Assembly (NCBI GenBank): GCA_030690945.1
Contig: JAUYFM010000064.1
Coordinates: forward strand, 928-64,927
Reading direction: 5' to 3'
Source of the DNA: Smithellaceae bacterium
GTDB lineage: Bacteria; Desulfobacterota; Syntrophia; Syntrophales; Smithellaceae
Length of the DNA stretch: 64,000 bases
This document shows, in pieces, positions 55,332 through 64,000 of this stretch. The translations under genes and the position numbers were made by a program. The notes under the pieces are model-generated. The model ran no database searches. It saw only the letters and a list, made by a program, of their open reading frames with translations, and had not been told where the DNA came from. Position 1 is the stretch's first letter. The number at the start of each line of letters is the position of its first letter.

Positions 55332-55916
55332 TTAATATGAAAATCTTATTTTATACAACGGTGTTTCAAAATCCCACAAGGAGACAAAGAATAATACATA
55401 TTCCATATTGAAAGGCAACCGCACTTTATCAATTTTAACCCTGATCCCGGTGTAATAGTTATTGCCTTTGGACAAATACGAAATAGGAATCACGGAAATT
55501 CCATTCAAATCCGCCATGCCTTTTTGCGCGCTTTCAAAATCCGGAAAAATCACCGGCTGACTGCTGCCGTTTGTGGTAATTGAAAATATTTTTTTCAAAT
55601 TGTCATATTTGATGGTGCGGCGGATTTCTTGACTGACAATGTGTTTATTCCATAGATAGGACCTTTCCTGATAAACATTCAAATGAAGCGTAAAAACGGC
55701 GGGAACACCGGCTAAAATAGCAGACTCCATTTCTGTTTTAAAACAATCCACCAGTCTGGCATATAAAAGCACGTTTTCCGTGCTGCTTGTTATTAAGATA
55801 TCAACCATTCGGGGTTTCATATCCGCCTTTGCCGTACCCGGCGTGGCGACCGTTAGAATCATCATGAATAAGTAAATGTAAAACACCCGCCCACCAAAAC
55901 CCAAATAATTTTTCAT
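55332..55916 (-). CDS. DUF4390 domain-containing protein
   Basis: 194-aa ORF with a signal peptide, located directly upstream of the NtrY-like kinase. That is the usual genomic partner of DUF4390 as I recall it. Confidence 0.6.
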   Translation of the reverse strand: MKNYLGFGGRVFYIYLFMMILTVATPGTAKADMKPRMVDILITSSTENVLLYARLVDCFKTEMESAILAGVPAVFTLHLNVYQERSYLWNKHIVSQEIRRTIKYDNLKKIFSITTNGSSQPVIFPDFESAQKGMADLNGISVIPISYLSKGNNYYTGIRVKIDKVRLPFNMEYVLFFVSLWDFETPLYKIRFSY

Positions 55917-56151
55917 ACAACCATTTTCTTTCTATAAGAATAAGTGCATTTCTCTTCCGCCAAACGTCAATCGGCGTCGGCAACAAGCACGTTCAGCTTA
56001 TCCTGGTTTCCGGCCAAAGCTTTCAGTCGCGACAAAATTACCGCAAAGATCATTTCGACGCTGCCAATTTTTTAATGAAGTATATTAGGTAACCTGTCGA
56101 TAAAAATCAAGGTTAATTTAGGATGCGAAAGACATCGATGATTTTAAAACC

Positions 56152-57084
56152 TCAAATCGGCACGGCATCCAGAATAGTAAAGGATGGAATCTTACAGGAT
56201 CTGAATTTTGCTGACTGCTTTTGATCATATCCAGCAGTGATAATCTCCCAACTGCTCTCATGGCGCATGAGTTCCCGTAATAAAAGGTTGTTCAGCCGAT
56301 GGCCTGATTTATGCGCCACAAAATGGCCGATAATCGGCATGCCCAGTAAAAATAAATCACCAATGGCATCGAGAATTTTATGCTTGACAAATTCATCAGG
56401 CATACGCAAGCCGTCTTTATTGATGATTTTTTCATCGTCGAGGATAATCACATTATCCAGCGATCCCCCCAACCCCAGCCCCTTGGCCTGCAGAAACTCA
56501 ACTTCCTTTAAAAAACCAAACGTTCTTGCGCTGCAAATGTTGTCTTCGTAGTTTTTATCGGAAAATATAACGCTGTAAGATTGCCTGCCGATCGCCTGGT
56601 GAGCAAAATCAATTTCATACGTTATTTTAAACTCATCGGAAGGCAGGAGCATGGCGCTCCCTTCTCCATCTTTTACGGAAACAGGTTTTTTAATGACCAG
56701 CATCTTTTTTGATTTACCTTGTGGCCGTGTCCCCACCTCCTTGAGCATATTGACAAACGGGCGGGCACTGCCGTCCATGATCGGCACTTCAAAAGAATCG
56801 AGTTCAATCACGGCATTATCGAGCCCCATTCCGCTGAAAGCCGATAAAATATGTTCCACGGTGGAGACCGTAACGCCATCAGTTCCCAGAGAAGTGGCCA
56901 GGGTTGTATCGCAAACCATATTGAAATCAGCTGGAATCGGCCTGGCATCCTGCAGATCCTTACGAATAAAAATAATGCCGGTATCGACAGGGGCCGGTTT
57001 AACCATCATGTTAACCTTACGGCCTGTATGTAAACCGATACTAGAACAAAAAATTTCTTTTTTCAGCGTGCGCTGTAAATGCAT
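56152..57084 (-). CDS. lpxC: UDP-3-O-acyl-N-acetylglucosamine deacetylase
   Basis: 310-aa ORF with QRTLKKEI...GLHTGRKV, EHILSA, PIMDGSA and HKSGHRLNN. Confidence 0.95.
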   Translation of the reverse strand: MHLQRTLKKEIFCSSIGLHTGRKVNMMVKPAPVDTGIIFIRKDLQDARPIPADFNMVCDTTLATSLGTDGVTVSTVEHILSAFSGMGLDNAVIELDSFEVPIMDGSARPFVNMLKEVGTRPQGKSKKMLVIKKPVSVKDGEGSAMLLPSDEFKITYEIDFAHQAIGRQSYSVIFSDKNYEDNICSARTFGFLKEVEFLQAKGLGLGGSLDNVIILDDEKIINKDGLRMPDEFVKHKILDAIGDLFLLGMPIIGHFVAHKSGHRLNNLLLRELMRHESSWEIITAGYDQKQSAKFRSCKIPSFTILDAVPI

Positions 57085-57285
57085 ATTTAACCTTTACTTT
57101 AGACTGAATCATACGTTTAGCAATAATTATACCAAACATTGACGCTGGCCATAAATTAAGCAACTATTGGTGTTGATTGATATTTTATCAGATAACTTTC
57201 GGACGGCCCTCTAATGATCGGTTCCTCTTGTGTCCAAAACAACACACATGGCAAAAATGGAGACCATGCGCCGGAAGATAATGAT

Positions 57286-57813
57286 TTATTTATAGAATCT
57301 TTCTTTTTCACTATAAATGCAACCGCAATAAGGCTGACGATACATCCCCACCTCCCGGGAAATCCTGACGCCCTCATTCCAGCCGCTGCGGAAATCATCA
57401 TAGTGGAAATGGATTCCAAACTGAAGCCCCAGGGTCTCGCCAATCTGTCTGATGAGATCATGTTTCTGATATCGGCTGTAGAGCAGCGTGGACGTAAAGG
57501 CGTCATAATTTTCTTTTTTTGCCTGCAGGGCCGTGAATTTTAAACGGTCAGTCAGGCAATAAATGCACCGGTCTTCGGGCCGGGAAGCCACCTGACTTAA
57601 GAATTCTTCCAGAAGATAACCTTCCGGCCAGATGACGTTTAAAAGGATTTTTTCAGCATAGTCTTGAAGCGTTTGTTTGCGGCGCGAATACTCCAGATAA
57701 GGATGGATATTGGGATTGTAAAATAAGCCGGTCACGTCATGACCATACGTTCTCAATTCCTTGAGCGGATAGATCGTGCAAGGTCCGCAGCAGATATGCA
57801 TGAGTAATTTCAT
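57286..57813 (-). CDS. queH: Epoxyqueuosine reductase QueH (DUF208)
   Basis: The ATG at 57813 (MKLLMHICCGPCTIYP) lies within ORF 57286-57882. A C-terminal YRQPYCGC motif is present. Confidence 0.8.
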   Translation of the reverse strand: MKLLMHICCGPCTIYPLKELRTYGHDVTGLFYNPNIHPYLEYSRRKQTLQDYAEKILLNVIWPEGYLLEEFLSQVASRPEDRCIYCLTDRLKFTALQAKKENYDAFTSTLLYSRYQKHDLIRQIGETLGLQFGIHFHYDDFRSGWNEGVRISREVGMYRQPYCGCIYSEKERFYK

Positions 57814-57832
57814 AAACCAATGCCCCTTTGGA

Positions 57833-58861
57833 TTAAAACAGATCCTTTTGAACGCCCGACGCCTTGAGACCAAAATGCTCATAGGCTTTGGTGCAGGCCA
57901 TCCGGCCCCGCGCCGTTCTTTGCAGATAGCCTTCCTGAATCAGGTAAGGCTCATAAACATCTTCAATGGTGACTCTCTCTTCACCGATTGCCGCCGCCAG
58001 ACTTTCCACGCCGACTGGTCCGCCGTTGAATTTTTCAATCAACGCCAGAAGCAGTTTGCGATCCATCTGATCAAAACCCTTATGATCCACTTCGAAAGCA
58101 TCCAGCGCCTCGCAGGCGATTTTCCCATCAATGGTTCCGTCGCCTTTCACTTCCGCATAGTCGCGGACACGCTTGAGCAGCCGGTTGGCGATGCGGGGCG
58201 TGCCGCGCGCGCGCGTGGCCAGTTCTTCCGCGCCAGTGCCGGTAAGCGTGACGCCCAGAATCCTGGCCGACCTCTGGACAATCACGGAAAGCTCCTGCGG
58301 TGAATAGAATTCGAGACGGAAGTGCATGCCGAAACGGTCACGAAGCGGCGAGGTCAGCGATCCCGCACGTGTGGTTGCGCCTACGAGTGTAAATTTGGGA
58401 ATGTCGAGTTTCATCGACCGGGCTGACGGCCCCTGACCGATCAAAATATCGATGTGAAAATCTTCCATGGCCGGATAGAGGATTTCTTCAATCACATGAG
58501 AAAGCCTGTGAATTTCATCGATGAACAGCACTTCGTGCTCTTGCATGTTCGTCAAAATAGCCGCCAGATCTCCCGGACGTTCGATCACCGGGCCGGAGGT
58601 CACCTTAATATCCACGCCCAATTCTCTGGCGATAATATAGGCCAGTGTCGTTTTACCCAAGCCGGGCGGGCCATACAAAAGCACATGATCAAGCGACTCG
58701 TTTCGCTTTCTGGCCGCTTCAATAAAGATCGACAGATTGCTTTTCACCTTTTCCTGTCCGATATAATCGGCAAGCTTGGGCGGACGTAAAGTATTTTCCA
58801 GAGATCCTTCGTCTTCGGCGCAAACCGGACTGATTATCGGATTTTTAAGATGGCCATCCAT
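57833..58861 (-). CDS. ruvB: Holliday junction branch migration helicase RuvB
   Basis: 342-aa ORF with LRP..L.DYIGQ, Walker A (GPPGLGKTT) and FIDEIHRL. Confidence 0.95.
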   Translation of the reverse strand: MDGHLKNPIISPVCAEDEGSLENTLRPPKLADYIGQEKVKSNLSIFIEAARKRNESLDHVLLYGPPGLGKTTLAYIIARELGVDIKVTSGPVIERPGDLAAILTNMQEHEVLFIDEIHRLSHVIEEILYPAMEDFHIDILIGQGPSARSMKLDIPKFTLVGATTRAGSLTSPLRDRFGMHFRLEFYSPQELSVIVQRSARILGVTLTGTGAEELATRARGTPRIANRLLKRVRDYAEVKGDGTIDGKIACEALDAFEVDHKGFDQMDRKLLLALIEKFNGGPVGVESLAAAIGEERVTIEDVYEPYLIQEGYLQRTARGRMACTKAYEHFGLKASGVQKDLF

Positions 58862-58884
58862 TTTCGTTACCTGAGTCTACCTGT

Positions 58885-59493
58885 TTAACCGCCAAGAATC
58901 TTTAACGCCTTTTTCAAGAGTTGATCCATCGCCAACTCCCCTTCCGTATCGCGTGAGACCTTGTCCAGCGCGTCTCTCGCGGCATTGGCTTTATACCCTA
59001 AATTGACCAGTGCGGAAAGCACATCTTCCCGAATCATCTCAGTTAGCTTTTGTTTGGGGTCTGTGACGGGAATCTGATCCGCTGCCATTTTCTTAATGGC
59101 TTTTTCCTTGAGCTCCAGAATTAAACGCTCGGCCATTTTTTTGCCAACGCCGGGAACCGTGATCAGTTTAGCCAGATTACCGCCGGAGATGGCTGCGAGC
59201 AGTTCACGCGCCGAAATTCGGGAAAGAATCCCCATCGCAATCTTCGGACCGATGCCGCTCACGGAAATCATCAACTGAAAAAGATCGCGTTCCTGCAACG
59301 TGTAAAAGCCGAATAAATGGATTGCATCTTCTTTGACCGATGTATGAATATGCAGGGTCACCATTTCTCCCGCCTCAGGAAGTTCATAAAAAGTAGCAAG
59401 CGGAATAAAGACGCGATAGCCGACACCTTGTGTATCCACCACAATGTGAGAAATTCCCTTGTAAGCAATTTTACCGGATAGTAAGGCGATCAT
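58885..59493 (-). CDS. ruvA: Holliday junction DNA-binding protein RuvA
   Basis: 202-aa ORF with MIALLSGKI...VGYRVFIP and the HhH motifs VSGIGPKIA and VPGVGKKMAERL. Confidence 0.95.
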   Translation of the reverse strand: MIALLSGKIAYKGISHIVVDTQGVGYRVFIPLATFYELPEAGEMVTLHIHTSVKEDAIHLFGFYTLQERDLFQLMISVSGIGPKIAMGILSRISARELLAAISGGNLAKLITVPGVGKKMAERLILELKEKAIKKMAADQIPVTDPKQKLTEMIREDVLSALVNLGYKANAARDALDKVSRDTEGELAMDQLLKKALKILGG

Positions 59494-59494
59494 A

Positions 59495-59974
59495 TCAAAC
59501 AGGCTGCTCCTTTAAAAAATTAGCCTGGCAGATTGCAGCAGCCAGAGCATCCGCTGCGTCCGCAGGCGGCAGGGCGTCAAGCTTCAAGATGGCCTTCACC
59601 ATCATCTGCACCTGGCGTTTTTCCGCCCGGCCATAACCGACAACCGCCTTTTTAACTTCCAGCGGCGAATATTCAAAAACGGGAATGCCATGGTCTGCGC
59701 AAGTAAAAATCACCACGCCCCGGACCTGGGCCTGCCGGATCAGACTGCGGACATTTTTCCCATAGAAAATATTTTCCAAAGCGACCGCTTGCGGATTTGT
59801 TTCAACAATGACCGCGCAGAGTTGTGAATAGATATGCGTTAATACTTCAGACAAAAGTGAATCTTTACGGGGTTTAATTTCACCATGACTGACATGACGC
59901 AGATAATTACCGCTTTTATCAATCACGCCATAACCTGTCACATGGCTTCCGGGATCGATGCCTAAGATTCGCAA
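59495..59974 (-). CDS. ruvC: Crossover junction endodeoxyribonuclease RuvC
   Basis: 159-aa ORF with MRILGIDPGS..TGYGVI and the C-terminal acidic motif DAADALA. Confidence 0.95.
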   Translation of the reverse strand: MRILGIDPGSHVTGYGVIDKSGNYLRHVSHGEIKPRKDSLLSEVLTHIYSQLCAVIVETNPQAVALENIFYGKNVRSLIRQAQVRGVVIFTCADHGIPVFEYSPLEVKKAVVGYGRAEKRQVQMMVKAILKLDALPPADAADALAAAICQANFLKEQPV

Positions 59975-60008
59975 AATATCAGCTTTCGTTAAAAATCAGT
60001 CTTGTTTC

Positions 60009-60758
60009 CTAACTCAACTTTTCCATGACATCTTCATCGATGTCAAAATTGGAGTAAACATTCTGCACATCATCGTTGTCTTCCAGCTTCTCCATCAATT
60101 TCAGCATGGACTCCGCCTTACCGGCGTCCAGTTTCACAGTATTGGAAGGAATCATGCTGATGCGAGCTTCCAGATGTTTGATGCCTTTGGCATCGATGGC
60201 TTTCTTCACCGTTTCAAAAGCCGCTGTTTCCGTGATCACCTCAAATTCACTGCCTTCGGCCCTCACGTCTTCCGCTCCGGCCTCCAGCGCAAGTTCCATC
60301 AGTTCGTCTTCGCCGATAAGTTTCTTATCGATGACAATACTCCCTTTTTTTGCGAATATCCAGGACACGCATCCGTTTTCACCCAGATTGCCGCCGTGCT
60401 TGGAAAGGATGTGACGAATCTCCGCGACGGTTCGGTTTTTATTATCCGTCATGACATCGACGATAACCGCCGCACCGCCCGGGCCGTAACCTTCATAAGT
60501 GATTTCTTCATAAGCCGCCGCGCCTTCGCCGCCGCCGGTGCCCTTTTTGATGGCCCTGTCGATATTATCCTTCGGCATGTTTTCTTCTTTGGCCGCCATG
60601 ACCGCCTGTCTCAGACGAGAATTGCCTTCAACATCGCCCCCGCCCAGACGCGCCGCCAAAGTGATTTCCTTTATAATTTTAGTGAATATTTTACCTCGTT
60701 TGGCGTCAATCGCCCCTTTTTTCCGTTTGATGGTGCTCCATTTAGAATGGCCGGACAT
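60009..60758 (-). CDS. yebC: YebC/PmpR family DNA-binding transcriptional regulator
   Basis: 249-aa ORF beginning [27 protein letters not shown]. Confidence 0.95.
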   Translation of the reverse strand: MSGHSKWSTIKRKKGAIDAKRGKIFTKIIKEITLAARLGGGDVEGNSRLRQAVMAAKEENMPKDNIDRAIKKGTGGGEGAAAYEEITYEGYGPGGAAVIVDVMTDNKNRTVAEIRHILSKHGGNLGENGCVSWIFAKKGSIVIDKKLIGEDELMELALEAGAEDVRAEGSEFEVITETAAFETVKKAIDAKGIKHLEARISMIPSNTVKLDAGKAESMLKLMEKLEDNDDVQNVYSNFDIDEDVMEKLS

Positions 60759-60922
60759 ATTGTCTTTCTCCTGAAAAAAGATAATCTTGCATACTTTTTT
60801 GCCTCATAGCATAAGGCGATAAGCTTGTAAAGTTAATTACATTTTTACCGGGAGGTTTCATCGTCGGCAGAAAGAAAAGAGTGCTCGCCAAAATCATCGG
60901 GGAATGAAGAAAGAACGTGGAT

Positions 60923-61204
60923 CGTGAAGCGTCGTTCGTGACCTATCTATAGGGAACAGACGCCCGAGCACACGTGACATCGTGCCACCGAGAGCTTTGC
61001 ACAACCACTCTAATCGTCTTACCGGCGAAAGCCGGTATCCAGGAAGCCATTGATAATACTGGATTCCGTGTCGCGCTTCGCTTGCACGGAATGACAAAAT
61101 TGTTAGTTTTATGTAGTTATGCAAAGGTCTCCCACCTTCAAGTGGTCAGGTGATACACAGTAAAGTCTGATCGTTCCCTACGCTTCACGCTTCACGCTTC
61201 ACGA
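60923..61204. mobile_element. MITE-like element with imperfect terminal inverted repeats and an internal hairpin cluster
   Basis: The left end is CGTGAAGCG...TAGGGAAC (60923-60957). The right end is GTTCCCTACGCTTCACGCTTCACGCTTCACG (61174-61204), which includes CGCTTCA x3. Internal hairpins are ACCGGCgaaaGCCGGT and TCCGTGtcgcgcttcgcttgCACGGA. No ORF inside looks credible. Confidence 0.5.
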
Positions 61205-61213
61205 GTGACGAGC

Positions 61214-61678
61214 TCAAGGTTGATCCGCCTTAATCACGTTGGGAATATCCCTTCCACCGGTATAAAAAACAACGAGCTTGACCGGAATATTACCATTATT
61301 GGTCCCGTTATGACGGGTGTTGACGACCTCAATGATGACATCGCCTTCCTTGAACGCAGCCGATTTTCCGCCCTCTATTTCCACCGTCAGATGACCGGAC
61401 ATCACATAAGCATATACCGGTACAGAGTGGCTATGCCAACCCGTTTTAGCGCCCGGCGCGATATCCACGGTCATGACCGTTATTTTGGGATGGTCTGTTT
61501 TCAGATAAGCAATGGGATCGCCGTTGCTCGTCATCTCCGCTTGAAGGATGACCTTTCCCTGTACACCCGCATCATACCCGGCTGCTCCGGCTGGAAAAGG
61601 CAGCAGTAAGAAGACTATCCATACCCACATGCGACTTTTTATCAATACCATACATGCCCCCTCAGCAAACAGATTCAT
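61214..61678 (-). CDS. Cupin domain protein with signal peptide
   Basis: 154-aa ORF with the cupin metal motif (GWHSHSVPVYAYV...G) and an N-terminal hydrophobic leader. An alternative start lies at 61654. Confidence 0.7.
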   Translation of the reverse strand: MNLFAEGACMVLIKSRMWVWIVFLLLPFPAGAAGYDAGVQGKVILQAEMTSNGDPIAYLKTDHPKITVMTVDIAPGAKTGWHSHSVPVYAYVMSGHLTVEIEGGKSAAFKEGDVIIEVVNTRHNGTNNGNIPVKLVVFYTGGRDIPNVIKADQP

Positions 61679-61857
61679 TGATTCCTTTAGCCTGGAAGCC
61701 TGATGCCACCATTGCCACTAACATATAGGCTAATGATCCCGTTTTCAAGACATAATAGGCACAAAGCTGTTTTGACGCACATTCTTTTCGGGCGTAGAGG
61801 GTTGACGCAAGACATCAATATGTTGCCAAACTGCACACAATGTGATAATCATACAAA

Positions 61858-62142
61858 ATGAAAAGCATAAATTGGAACACCGAAAAGAGCGTGGCACTCA
61901 AAGCGTCACGGGGCATCTGTTTCGAGGATATGGTTTTCTATATTGAACGGGGTGAAATATTAGACGATTATATACATCCTAACCAGCAGGCCTACCCCGG
62001 ACAACGAATTATGGTCATCAGTCTTGCCAATTACGCCTATCTTGTACCTTATGTTGAGAATGAAGAAGAGTTATTTCTGAAGACCATTATTCCAAGCAGG
62101 AAGGCAACGCAAAGATATCTTGGAGAAAAATATGAAGACTAA
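61858..62142 (+). CDS. brnT: BrnT family toxin (DUF497)
   Basis: 94-aa ORF. INWNTEKSVALKASRGICFED and the C-terminal LKTIIPSRKATQRY parallel the BrnT pattern (F.WD..K...N..KHG.SFEE ... IISAR.AT..E...Y). Confidence 0.7.
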   Translation: MKSINWNTEKSVALKASRGICFEDMVFYIERGEILDDYIHPNQQAYPGQRIMVISLANYAYLVPYVENEEELFLKTIIPSRKATQRYLGEKYED

Positions 62143-62410
62143 GTTAACAAAAGAAGAAAAGGAAATACTCGATAGCTTCGAGAAAGATGAATGGATACCC
62201 GTTAAAAACCTTGCAGAAAGAAAGAAAGAGCTGATTGCATACGCCCGCAATACCCTGCGAAAAGACAAGAGACTGAACATACGGATTTCTGAAAGAGACC
62301 TCCTTGAGCTTCAAAAAAGAGCGGTTAAGGAAGGCCTACCCTATCAGACTTATGTATCAAGCATCATCCATAAATTCATCAATGGGTCTCTGATCGAAGC
62401 GAGAAAATAA
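62132..62410 (+). CDS. brnA: BrnA-type / CopG-RHH antitoxin
   Basis: The ATG at 62132 follows a GGAGA RBS and overlaps the brnT 3' end by 11 nt. It carries the motifs LTKEEKEILDSFEKDEW and LNIRISERDLLELQKRAVKEGLPYQTYVSSIIHKFINGSL. Confidence 0.7.
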   Translation: MKTKLTKEEKEILDSFEKDEWIPVKNLAERKKELIAYARNTLRKDKRLNIRISERDLLELQKRAVKEGLPYQTYVSSIIHKFINGSLIEARK

Positions 62411-62433
62411 AACGGCCAACACGTTGCGCCTTT

Positions 62434-63012
62434 TTAGCGTTTCGCAAACAAGGCGGCTAAGCTCAGAGAAACCGATGGACGATCCAACAGCCGGAACCCG
62501 GCCTTTTGCGCCGTGCCTATCGCAGCGTCGAATTGCGGTCTGGAAACATGCAGTTTGGGTTCCGCCAGAAGAAATTTGCCGTCATCTTTCAAGACAGCGT
62601 ACAATTGCGCAAAGAATCTCTCCTGATCCGGCACCTCGTGCGCCATCCAGAAGGCCAGAATAAAATCGGCCAGGACCGTGACATTTAGAGAAACCGGACT
62701 GGCCAGCTGCGGAGTAATCCGGTGCGCGACGCCAGCGCCCGAGGCCCGCTTTGATATAGCCGCAAGCATTTCTTCCTGAATGTCCACCGCGATGACCCGT
62801 CCGCTATCCCCCACCAGGCGGGCCATGGGAATGGTAAAAAAACCGATGCCGGGGCCGACGTCCACGACGGTGTCGCCCGCCCTGACACAGGGTCTGATGA
62901 TTTGATCGGGATTTTGGATCCTTCGTCGAACCCAGTTATCAAATGTAAAGCACAGCCAGCGAGGGCAAACATGGTGCTTTCTGAAAAAAAAGAGGTCGCC
63001 TATTCTGCTCAT
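62434..63012 (-). CDS. Class I SAM-dependent methyltransferase
   Basis: The ATG at 63012 follows a GAGGAAA RBS within ORF 62434-63033. It carries the SAM motif I (VVDVGPGIGFFT) and the post-I motif VIAVDI. Confidence 0.8.
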   Translation of the reverse strand: MSRIGDLFFFRKHHVCPRWLCFTFDNWVRRRIQNPDQIIRPCVRAGDTVVDVGPGIGFFTIPMARLVGDSGRVIAVDIQEEMLAAISKRASGAGVAHRITPQLASPVSLNVTVLADFILAFWMAHEVPDQERFFAQLYAVLKDDGKFLLAEPKLHVSRPQFDAAIGTAQKAGFRLLDRPSVSLSLAALFAKR

Positions 63013-63073
63013 ATTATTTTCCTCTGACAGCACAAATCATATTGAAAATTTGAGACAAGTGGCTTCTGACCCA

Positions 63074-63835
63074 TCAGGCAACGGTAAGCCCCTTTCCCCT
63101 CAGATAATCCTTGACGTCCTGAATCTTGAGCATCCGGAAATGAAAGACTGAAGCGGCCAGTAAAACAGATGCGCCGCCTTCGACAACCGCCTCGTAGAAG
63201 TCTTCCAGTTTGCCCGCGCCGCCGGAGGCCACCACCGGCAACGTGACAACGGAAGAGATGGCCTTGGTAAAGGGGATGTCATAGCCCGCCTTGGTGCCGT
63301 CCCCATCCATATTGGTAGGTAAAATCACACCCGCGCCGAGTTCCTGGCACTGCTTGGCCCAGGCTACTGCGTCTTTGGCGATGGGCAGTGTGCCACCGGA
63401 CACGACCAGTTCAAAACCGGAAGGCATCGCCGCGTTTCTTTTCGCGTCAATGGCCACAGTGATTTTATCCGACCCGTATTTTTTAGCCGCCTGTCTCACC
63501 AGATCCGGATTTTTCACCGCCGCGCTGTTCATGGAAACCTTATTCGCTCCGGCACCCAATACCATTGCGATATCCTCAATCGAAGAAATGCCGCCGCCGA
63601 CCGTCAGTGGAATACTCAACACAGCCGAAACCTTCTTGACCCATTCCAGACGTGTTTTGCGGTTTTCCAGCGTGGCTGCAATATCCAGCATGGCCAGTTC
63701 ATCCGCACCTTCGACCTGATAAAACGCGGCGTTCTCCACCGGATCACCCGCTTCTTTTATATTAACAAAATGAACGCCCTTAACAACCCGTCCGTTTTTC
63801 ATATCCAAACATGGCATGATTTTGATCGGTTCCAT
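63074..63835 (-). CDS. hisF: Imidazole glycerol phosphate synthase cyclase subunit
   Basis: 253-aa ORF with IMPCLDMKNGRVVKG, ADELAMLDI, GGGI and ASGGAG motifs. Confidence 0.95.
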   Translation of the reverse strand: MEPIKIMPCLDMKNGRVVKGVHFVNIKEAGDPVENAAFYQVEGADELAMLDIAATLENRKTRLEWVKKVSAVLSIPLTVGGGISSIEDIAMVLGAGANKVSMNSAAVKNPDLVRQAAKKYGSDKITVAIDAKRNAAMPSGFELVVSGGTLPIAKDAVAWAKQCQELGAGVILPTNMDGDGTKAGYDIPFTKAISSVVTLPVVASGGAGKLEDFYEAVVEGGASVLLAASVFHFRMLKIQDVKDYLRGKGLTVA

Positions 63836-64000
63836 AAAAATCTCCTTTCAGAATAAATAAGTAATTTGACCGGTTTCGCCACGGCACTGCGGATTTTTAA
63901 ACCGAACTCGTCAAATTTACAACTAAAATGTTCAAAAACACGCCATCCAGGCAACCATTTTGTCCTTTTCTTCTTTAATACTTGAAACGCAAAGCAATTT

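Noticed and set aside
59958-60809. A 283-aa ORF antisense to yebC. Similar long antisense ORFs occur at 53288-53860, 26518-27441, 30887-31600, 25054-25599 and 15352-16068.
   Set aside because: Each lies entirely opposite a gene with unmistakable family motifs, and its product is low-complexity or Arg/His-rich. These are typical shadow ORFs of GC-rich coding DNA.

Overview
This is a chromosomal window. I found no rRNA, tRNA or CRISPR array by eye. The gene content (a sigma-54 activator, acyl-CoA metabolism, DksA, an AsmA-like protein, many hairpin repeats) suggests a deltaproteobacterium-type anaerobe, but that taxonomy is inference only.

From about 23 to 64 kb the window is mostly housekeeping. 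It holds an hbd / acyl-CoA dehydrogenase / solute-binding operon, queD-queE-queC, a TatD hydrolase, peptide ABC permeases, rsfS-comF-rfaE2-dksA-priA, fmt-rsmB, purC and dnaJ. It also holds a DUF4390 / NtrY-like / NtrX-like operon, lpxC, queH-ruvBAC-yebC and hisF. Two accessory pieces interrupt it: a small decayed islet with an intact AbiEi/AbiEii pair (33.6-37.1 kb) and a BrnT/BrnA pair (61.9-62.4 kb).

The most unusual part is 7.3-22.3 kb. Four co-oriented copies of a ~150-bp module each sit in front of an operon. The module consists of a tandem-dyad upstream site, an A/T-rich spacer and a textbook -24/-12 sigma-54 promoter, with spacing conserved to within 1 bp. The operons encode envelope or general-stress-type genes, dominated by very small membrane proteins: DUF3309, an entericidin-like lipoprotein, DUF3096 (twice), an lmo0937-type protein, YtxH, BON, UspA, SYLF, AI-2E, YihY and a class A PBP. 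A 47-bp fragment of a neighbouring MBL-hydrolase gene lies beside one copy, which indicates the module spread by duplication.

Several hairpin and MITE-like repeat families are also present. One of them supplies the last codons and the stop codon of two genes. All functional calls come from my recognition of translated motifs; no database search was run.
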